Shown here piece by piece: positions 35,956 to 42,522 of a DNA stretch of 42,522 nt. How positions within the stretch are numbered: position 1 is the first letter of the stretch; each line of letters begins with the position of its first letter. The translations under genes were made by a program, and so were the position numbers. This DNA comes from Candidatus Eiseniibacteriota bacterium (lineage in GTDB: Bacteria > Arandabacterota > Arandabacteria > Arandabacterales > Arandabacteraceae), in contig JBDRNT010000081.1 of the NCBI GenBank assembly GCA_043810925.1, positions 1 to 42,522 of the forward strand, written 5' to 3'. The notes below the pieces were generated by a model. The model saw only the letters and a program-made list of their open reading frames with translations. It was not told where the DNA came from and did no database searches.

Positions 35956-38949
35956 CTAGACCTGCCCGGCTCGAATCTGTTCGTAGACCTGCTTCAGGAG
36001 GTGCTTACCGACGGTATCCTGAAACTCCTTCTCATTCATGTACTTGGCAGTGATGTCCTCATTCTGATCCATCCGGTCTATGAAGAGACCCTCTAGCGCT
36101 TTCAGGAATACGTAGCCGAAGTTCTCCATCGTGTTGGCAAGTGCTGCCTCACGAAGGCCCGCATCAGCCACCGCATCTTCACGGATGGAATCGAGGAAGA
36201 GCTGATCGGCGGGTTTGAACTCCGTTCCGAAACGCTCATTCAGAATATCGATCAGCTGTGATAGCTCGATCTCCTCACCATGCTCGGTGCCCGTGCCGAC
36301 CGATGTCGGCCCGGGAATCCCAACGGCTTCCCCAGCCTTGAGATCGATCGACCCTTCGCTAATCTTCTGAAGCCGGTAGTACTTGAGCGCCACGTCATCC
36401 TCGAAGTGGTAGACCGGCCCACCTCCCCTTGGAAGTTTCGAAAGCAGGAATCTGATGTAGGAGTAGAGCCGCTCAAGGTCGGTATCTTGAAATGGAATTA
36501 TCTGCGAGAGAAAGCCATAGAGATTCCGGTAGGCGACGAGTTCGCTTCGGAATTCCTCGCGCGCCTCCTCGTCAAGCTCCTTGTAGCGCCCAACAGCTGG
36601 ATCGAGACATGCATTCATCCGGGCATGATCCGCGGCTGTCTGCTGACGCTTGGGCTTGTAGAAGACTTTCGAGAATTCCTCGACCTCGGCCTCATAGTAG
36701 ACCTGCTGTGCATCAAGTTTGGCCTGGAGTTCATATAATTGTCGCGGCTCCGCCCGCTCACCGACAAGCGTCTGCTCGTAGTAGGGTTGGAAGGCCGCAA
36801 GAATCTCATCACGCTCGTTCACAAAGTCGAGGATGAAGGTATCCTCCTTGTGCGGATGAGTGCGGTTAAGCCGCGAGAGAGTCTGCACCGCTTGAATCCC
36901 CGCCAGTCGCCTGTCAACATACATGGTGTGTAAGAGCGGTTGATCGAAACCGGTCTGGAACTTCTCCGCCACAAGCAGTACCTGATATCCATCCGTCGCG
37001 AACCTCTCGGGTAGTTCCTTCTGGCGGATGCCGTCGTTCATGCCGACCTCGGTGTACTCCACACCCGGGATATCGGGATCAACGACCGTGCCGGAGAATG
37101 CCACCAGGGTCTTGATCCCCGTGTAGCCCTTCTCGGCTATGTACTTGTCGAAAGCCTGCTTGTATCGAACCGCATGCAGGCGGCTTCCCGTCACTACCAT
37201 AGCTTTGGCCCTGCCCCCGATTCGATGCATCGTGAAACTGCGGAAGTGTTCAAGCATGACCTCGGTCTTCTGGGCGATGTTGTGTGGGTGGAGGCTCATG
37301 AAGCGAGCCAGCGCACGGGCTGCCTTGCGCTTATCCACCTTGGGATCATCCTCAATGGACTTGATCAGCCGGTAGTAGGTCTTGTAGGTGGTGTAGTTCT
37401 TAAGGACGTCCAGAATGAAGTTCTCCTCGATCGCCTGCCGCATACTGTAAAGATGGAAGGCCTGTGGCTTACCGTCAGGCCCGGTCCGGCCGAAGACCTC
37501 AAGCGTCCTGTACTTGGGCGTGGCGGTGAAAGCAAAGAAACTGATATTGGGCTGTCGGCCCCGTCTCGCCATCGTGCGGAGGATCTCTTCCTCATAGTTC
37601 GGAAGCCCCTCTTCGGAACCATACTCCTCGACCTCTTCGCGTATGGCAGTACCTGCCAGAACACCCTTCATCTCTATGGCCGTCTCGCCGCCCTGGGAGC
37701 TATGGGCTTCATCGATAATGACCGCATACTTCCTCTTGGGGAGATCGCCGATCTTCTCAGTCACGAAGGGGAACTTCTGAAGCGTGGTGATGACGATCGG
37801 CACGCAAGCGGCAAGGGCTTGAGCAAGCTGGGAGGAGTCGGCGTCGATCTTCTGAACCACACCCTGTTTGTGCTCGAACTGGTAAATGGTGTTTTGGAGC
37901 TGCTGGTCGAGTACCACCCGGTCGGTCACCACGATCGTGGAGTCATAGACCTTCTCATCCTTGTCATCATAGAGACTCACCAGCCGATGGGCGAGCCAGG
38001 CGATCGAATTACTCTTGCCGCTCCCTGCCGAGTGCTGGATGAGATAGTTGGTTCCGGTGCCACTCATACGGGCATCGGCAACCATTCTGCGAACACAGTC
38101 AAGCTGGTGGTAGCGCGGGAAGATCATGGTCTCCCGCTTGACCTTCTTTCCCTGGAACTTCTTCTCATCGGTCTGGATATGGATGAAACGGGCCAGGATA
38201 TCGAGGAGGCTGTCCCTCTCAAGCACCTCTTCCCACAAGTATGCGGTCTTATGGCCCCCGGGGTTCTCGGGGTTACCGGCACCCGTACCACGACCCCTGT
38301 TAAATGGCAGGAAACGCGTCGCCCGCCCGGCAAGGCGCGTTGTCATATGGACCTCATCCGTATCGACTGCGAAGTGCACCAGCGTGCGCTTCTTGAAGCG
38401 GAACATGAGGTCGGCCGGATCCCGGTCTCGTTTGTACTGGGTTATGGCATGGCGCCAGGTCTGGCCCGTCATCGGGTTCTTAAGTTCCGCCGTAGCAACA
38501 GGAATGCCATTGAGACTCAGAGTAACATCGAGGGTGTTGTTGTGCTTGGCCGAGTAGGCGAGCTGGCGGGTGATCGTGAGCCTGTTGGCATCGTATAGCT
38601 TCTTGGTGTCCGGGTTGAGACCGCTGGCGGGGGCGAAGTACGCAGCACGGAAGAGCTTCCCGAAACACTTAAACCCATGACGCAGGACAGTGAGGCAACC
38701 CTCATGCTCGGAGTTCAGAGCACGGCAGAGATCCTCAAGCAGGGTCTCCTCCGTCGCATCCTTCTGAAGCTGCCTAAGGTATTCCCATTCCGCCGGTTGG
38801 GTTGCCTGGATGAAGGCGAGGAACACCTCGGGGTCTATGCAGCGCTCCCGGTCGAAATCTCCGGGATCGCGTTGCTCGTAGCCACCGACCTTCGTCAGAT
38901 ACTCCTCGATGGCCTCTTCAAACGCTGCTTCGCTGTGGCGCTTGCTCAC
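35956..38949 (-). CDS. hsdR: Type I restriction endonuclease subunit R
   Basis: Nuclease motif D...NGIPVATAELKN, PRYHQ, Walker A HSAGSGKS, DEAH, FTATP, TGFDQP and QTLSRLNR. GTG start with RBS GGAGGAG. Confidence 0.95.
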   Translation of the reverse strand: MSKRHSEAAFEEAIEEYLTKVGGYEQRDPGDFDRERCIDPEVFLAFIQATQPAEWEYLRQLQKDATEETLLEDLCRALNSEHEGCLTVLRHGFKCFGKLFRAAYFAPASGLNPDTKKLYDANRLTITRQLAYSAKHNNTLDVTLSLNGIPVATAELKNPMTGQTWRHAITQYKRDRDPADLMFRFKKRTLVHFAVDTDEVHMTTRLAGRATRFLPFNRGRGTGAGNPENPGGHKTAYLWEEVLERDSLLDILARFIHIQTDEKKFQGKKVKRETMIFPRYHQLDCVRRMVADARMSGTGTNYLIQHSAGSGKSNSIAWLAHRLVSLYDDKDEKVYDSTIVVTDRVVLDQQLQNTIYQFEHKQGVVQKIDADSSQLAQALAACVPIVITTLQKFPFVTEKIGDLPKRKYAVIIDEAHSSQGGETAIEMKGVLAGTAIREEVEEYGSEEGLPNYEEEILRTMARRGRQPNISFFAFTATPKYRTLEVFGRTGPDGKPQAFHLYSMRQAIEENFILDVLKNYTTYKTYYRLIKSIEDDPKVDKRKAARALARFMSLHPHNIAQKTEVMLEHFRSFTMHRIGGRAKAMVVTGSRLHAVRYKQAFDKYIAEKGYTGIKTLVAFSGTVVDPDIPGVEYTEVGMNDGIRQKELPERFATDGYQVLLVAEKFQTGFDQPLLHTMYVDRRLAGIQAVQTLSRLNRTHPHKEDTFILDFVNERDEILAAFQPYYEQTLVGERAEPRQLYELQAKLDAQQVYYEAEVEEFSKVFYKPKRQQTAADHARMNACLDPAVGRYKELDEEAREEFRSELVAYRNLYGFLSQIIPFQDTDLERLYSYIRFLLSKLPRGGGPVYHFEDDVALKYYRLQKISEGSIDLKAGEAVGIPGPTSVGTGTEHGEEIELSQLIDILNERFGTEFKPADQLFLDSIREDAVADAGLREAALANTMENFGYVFLKALEGLFIDRMDQNEDITAKYMNEKEFQDTVGKHLLKQVYEQIRAGQV

Positions 38950-38981
38950 CTGCTGGTTCTCCTCCCGCTTGGCTCCCGGGC

Positions 38982-39014
38982 ATGTCGCGATTCGATGTCG
39001 CGATATGTCGCGAT
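38982..39014. repeat. Three direct copies of ATGTCGCGAT
   Basis: Copies at 38982-38991, 38995-39004 and 39005-39014, between the fic stop and the hsdR RBS. Confidence 0.8.
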
Positions 39015-39017
39015 TCC

Positions 39018-40073
39018 TTATAACTTCCTGTTCCCCAATACGTAAGAGGACCGCCTGCCTGCACCCTTTCGCCTGATTAGACCCAGATCCTCAAGATTGG
39101 ACAGGTCCCGTTGCAAGGTCCGTCTGTTGACGTCCGGACACAGGCTTTCCAGATCCCCTATACGTAGGTCATCATGGCCAACTAGAAACCCCAGCGCCTT
39201 GGACTGGCGCTCGTTGAGATCATGCCGCTTCACCGCCAAATCTGCTCGTATGGCCCTCTTCCCTCGATCAGAGACCTCTCCCATCTGTACCGCCAATCCC
39301 TTGACGAAGTACTCAAGCCACCCGGTCATTTCCATATCGCTCTCCCGGACCCCCTGGATAGCTTGGTAGAATGCTGGACGATTACGGTCGTAGTACTCGC
39401 TTATGGTGAAAAGCCGCTTGAAGTCGTAACCAGACCGGTACAGGCACATGGTCGACAGCAGCCGCGATGTCCTGCCGTTGCCGTCAAGAAACGGATGTAT
39501 GTGAACCAGCTGAAACTGGGCAATGCCACTCACGAGTACCGGTTGGATCTCTTGCTCTCGCTTTAACCACTCCACTAACTGCTCCATCAGGATCGGGACT
39601 TCATGAGGTGGAGGCGGGGTGTATATGGTCCGACCTGTAGCTGAGTTTACAACGTAGTTCTGGACCCGGCGGTATTCGCCCGGAGCCGCTTCGCCCCCCC
39701 GTACTCCATCAACGAGCCTCTTGTGGATCTCCCTGATAAGAACCTCGGTAATCGGCCGTCCAGTTTCGACGTGCTCTGTGACGAGCTTGAATGCATCGCG
39801 GTAGTTCAGGAGTTCCCGGGCATCATCCGGATTGGCCTCAGGCACATCTTCGCCGGCCAAGAGGCGGGTTGATTGCTCCAGCGTGAGATGGGTGCCCTCA
39901 ATGTGTGTGGTGTGATGTGCTTCGAGCACCAGGGCCCGCGCTCCCATTGCGCGAATCCAGTCTTCAGAGAGGGTGGCCGCCTCAAGGAACCCACGCGCCC
40001 GTTCGATGCGGGTTAGTGCCGTCGTAATAGAGTTGGTAATGGTGAATACGGGCTGGAAACCGCTTCGCGTCAT
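39018..40073 (-). CDS. Fic family protein with C-terminal DeoR-like winged HTH
   Basis: Canonical [13 protein letters not shown]-terminal TTHIEG inhibitory-type motif, C-terminal [10 protein letters not shown]. Confidence 0.92.
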   Translation of the reverse strand: MTRSGFQPVFTITNSITTALTRIERARGFLEAATLSEDWIRAMGARALVLEAHHTTHIEGTHLTLEQSTRLLAGEDVPEANPDDARELLNYRDAFKLVTEHVETGRPITEVLIREIHKRLVDGVRGGEAAPGEYRRVQNYVVNSATGRTIYTPPPPHEVPILMEQLVEWLKREQEIQPVLVSGIAQFQLVHIHPFLDGNGRTSRLLSTMCLYRSGYDFKRLFTISEYYDRNRPAFYQAIQGVRESDMEMTGWLEYFVKGLAVQMGEVSDRGKRAIRADLAVKRHDLNERQSKALGFLVGHDDLRIGDLESLCPDVNRRTLQRDLSNLEDLGLIRRKGAGRRSSYVLGNRKL

Positions 40074-41320
40074 CAGGCCACCTCCTCGCGCACATCAATC
40101 TTCCCCGTCACCGCCGCTGTTATCAGTGCTGTTCGGTATTCCCGAAGAGTGTTTATCGACTCCCGTATTCTCTCCATCAGTGTGTCAATCCGTATCATCT
40201 CCTTGTCAAGGAAAGCAGCAATGATGCGCTGCTCGCTTCCTCCGGGTAATACGATTCGCAGATTGTGTATGTAGTTACGATTCAACGTACCTACAGCAGA
40301 CCCCTCACTCAGATACCTCACATCAAGAGCTGTAAGGAGATAATATCCAAACCTAGGCATCACTCCGAGGAAAGTCTTTACATAAAGGGCAGTGTTATGG
40401 GCCCAGAAATCTTTTTGAATGTAATTTATCTCACCGACGCTGCCACTTCTCCCAACTGTTATTGATGGTCCGGAAGTGGTGTATTCATTGTGGAAGCCGA
40501 TAATACCGTTTGAGGCATAGACCGGATATTGTCCTTCGATGAACTGTTCCCTTGGTAGGTCATAACCTCTCTGCAATACCATAGCGTATTTGAACCTGAT
40601 AAGCACCCAGTGGGCGGGGATCTGGCCGAGCCATTGGATGCCGGAGTCTTTCACTCTTACGTTGGGGTTGAGGCCCTTGGTGACGGTATGGCTGATGAGC
40701 GCGGAGCGTTTCTCCTGGAGCAGTTCAATCTGTCGCTCTTTCTTTTCAATCAATGCATCGATCCGCCCTGTCTCCCGGTCAAGAAACCCCGCAATCGCCC
40801 GCTGCTCTGAGACCGGGGGCGAGGTGAGTCGAATACCACCTAATCCATCGCGACTCAGCTCCTTGAATGTCGAACCCTGTCCCCAAGATTCCAAGACTTG
40901 CTTGGTACTCAGCAGGTGGTAGTAGAAGAACCGTGCGTCGTCCTCTGCACGGAAGACCAAACACCGGCAGCCCTGGTTAGTGCAAACGGGAGATCCGGTG
41001 AGAGCAAGATGTCCAATTGGTGCCCGCGTGGACAGCACAAGACTCCCCTGGGGTGCCAACGTGGTCCCACAGCTCTCATATCCTTCCCGTGTAATCATCC
41101 TGCGCGTGGTCTCAAGGGTGTCTCCTTGCAGTGCTCCCAAATCATCGGGAGTAGCCCAACGTATCTCGCCATCCCAGTAGTCAGGCTCCGCAGTTCTTGG
41201 AGTCGATCCGTTCAGAATCACGAATGTTCGCTTCAACTGTTTGACTCTCCAATTCGCCGGTACTTCCCCCAACCACTCAACGCCCAACCTCTTATACTCC
41301 GGATACGGTTTCCACTTCAT
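40073..41320 (-). CDS. hsdS: Type I R-M specificity subunit
   Basis: Repeated WLGxxPxxW and P..SEQR.IA.FLD conserved regions flank two TRDs; ends [14 protein letters not shown]. Confidence 0.95.
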   Translation of the reverse strand: MKWKPYPEYKRLGVEWLGEVPANWRVKQLKRTFVILNGSTPRTAEPDYWDGEIRWATPDDLGALQGDTLETTRRMITREGYESCGTTLAPQGSLVLSTRAPIGHLALTGSPVCTNQGCRCLVFRAEDDARFFYYHLLSTKQVLESWGQGSTFKELSRDGLGGIRLTSPPVSEQRAIAGFLDRETGRIDALIEKKERQIELLQEKRSALISHTVTKGLNPNVRVKDSGIQWLGQIPAHWVLIRFKYAMVLQRGYDLPREQFIEGQYPVYASNGIIGFHNEYTTSGPSITVGRSGSVGEINYIQKDFWAHNTALYVKTFLGVMPRFGYYLLTALDVRYLSEGSAVGTLNRNYIHNLRIVLPGGSEQRIIAAFLDKEMIRIDTLMERIRESINTLREYRTALITAAVTGKIDVREEVA

Positions 41321-42522
41321 TCGGTCATCTCCGAGAGCATGTCGGCGATTTCCTTCTCGATTTGCCTGAGGTCAGCTTCGATCTCGTCAAGGGGACGCGG
41401 CGGTGTGTACTTATAGAAATACCGATTGAAATTGATCTCATAGCCGATCTTGGTCTTCGATTCATCTATCCAGGCGTCGGGCACATGAGGCAGAACCTCA
41501 CGCCTCATGTACTCTCCCGCATCATCCTTAAGCGGCACATTCTCATAATCCCGAAGTTCCGAATCGGGCTCCGGATTGCCGCTGGAATCGGTGCAGACAT
41601 CGGCTGTTTCATCTCGCTCAGAAAGCGCCACAAGAACCGTTTTGAAAACACTTGCCTGCACCTTGACCCCCGCATCATCGAATGCTTCCTTCATCAAGTC
41701 TATGAATACGTCGCGACTCTTAGTGACCCCCTTGCCCGAGAGTCCTGCCAATGCAGCGAGGATAGCCCGCTGCGAATCCCTGCCTGCAGCGATTTCCGCG
41801 GCGGCCGCCATGGTGTCCTTCCGCTTCTTGCTTGTTGCCAGATTGGCGAAGGCCTTCGCATCTCTGACCTGTGCCAGGCGCTCGTCGGTCACAGCGAAGT
41901 TGAGTCTGAGCGGACGTTCGACGGTGATCCGGCGATAGCCAAAGTCCGTGGTGTCAAAAACGCGCACGAACTCACCCTCTTTGAACTCTCCATAGAGCCG
42001 GGTGATCTCATCTCTTTGGTCCTGACCCACCTCGTTTCGCTTATTACCAAGGCTCTTCCGCATCTTGGTGAAGAAGGTGGTGCCGTCTATTAGTTGGATC
42101 TTGCCCTTACGGCGTTTGGCCTTACGGTTGGTCACGATCCAGAGGTAGGTGGTGATCCCGGTGTTATAGAAGAGCTGGTCCGGTAGCGCCACTATCCCCT
42201 CCAGCCAGTCATTCTCAATGATCCAGCGGCGAATCTCACTCTCACCGGAGCCGGCACCGCCTGTAAATAGAGGTGACCCGTTGAATACTATCCCCAAGCG
42301 GGTACCACCCTCTTTCGGATCCTTCATCTTGCTTATCATGTGCTGGAGGAAAAGCAGCGAACCGTCGTTTATGCGTGGAAGCCCTGCACCGAAGCGTCCA
42401 CCGAAACCCTGTTCCTCATGCTCCCGCTTGATATGATCGGCCTCCGGCTTCCACTCCACACCGAACGGCGGATTGGCCAGCATATAGTCGAAGCTATTAC
42501 GCGGGAACTGGTCGTCGGTGAA
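41317..42522 (-). CDS. hsdM: Type I R-M methyltransferase subunit (5' part outside the window)
   Basis: Motif IV NPPF, LFYNTGI and KIGYEINFNRYFY. Frame stays open to the window edge; ATGA overlap with hsdS. Confidence 0.95.
   Translation of the reverse strand, partial: FTDDQFPRNSFDYMLANPPFGVEWKPEADHIKREHEEQGFGGRFGAGLPRINDGSLLFLQHMISKMKDPKEGGTRLGIVFNGSPLFTGGAGSGESEIRRWIIENDWLEGIVALPDQLFYNTGITTYLWIVTNRKAKRRKGKIQLIDGTTFFTKMRKSLGNKRNEVGQDQRDEITRLYGEFKEGEFVRVFDTTDFGYRRITVERPLRLNFAVTDERLAQVRDAKAFANLATSKKRKDTMAAAAEIAAGRDSQRAILAALAGLSGKGVTKSRDVFIDLMKEAFDDAGVKVQASVFKTVLVALSERDETADVCTDSSGNPEPDSELRDYENVPLKDDAGEYMRREVLPHVPDAWIDESKTKIGYEINFNRYFYKYTPPRPLDEIEADLRQIEKEIADMLSEMTE

Noticed and set aside
37174-38598. 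474-aa plus-strand ORF
   Set aside because: Antisense shadow of hsdR.
35884-42522. R-M locus as a prophage or integrative element
   Set aside because: No integrase, tRNA, att duplication or phage gene is visible, and the other boundary is outside the window.

Overview
GC-rich bacterial chromosomal segment. The FlgD-Ig/T9SS-like C-terminal domains and a 'TWGxIKxLY' tail suggest an uncultured FCB-group lineage such as Eisenbacteria, Krumholzibacteria or Latescibacteria (inference only). Left to right: a Gly/Arg-rich Cys-motif protein, secreted type I pullulanase, frameshifted glyA plus DUF1847, tatA, divergent eno-gpmI, a secreted protein with the TWGxIK tail, a DMT transporter and a large A-B-A-B-A-B-A repeat protein. 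Next come a tiny membrane gene bracketed by inverted 25-bp repeats, tkt, an uncharacterised four-gene DUF6754 membrane cluster with a zincin, an S9 peptidase, an Isf-like flavoprotein, a Ycf46-like AAA ATPase, enoyl-CoA isomerase plus PAS protein, a lipoprotein and a two-gene proline/sarcosine dehydrogenase-like complex. The window ends with a C25 gingipain-family protease and a type I R-M operon (hsdM partial, hsdS, fic, hsdR). The best candidate for an undescribed system is the DUF6754 cluster (17776-21091): two subunits look like distant paralogues with opposite membrane orientation, suggesting a novel multi-subunit secondary transporter. Second is a set of intergenic repeat families, one of which brackets a small gene like a cassette. 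No rRNA, tRNA, CRISPR array, integrase or transposase was recognised. All family assignments come from reading motifs by eye; no searches were run.
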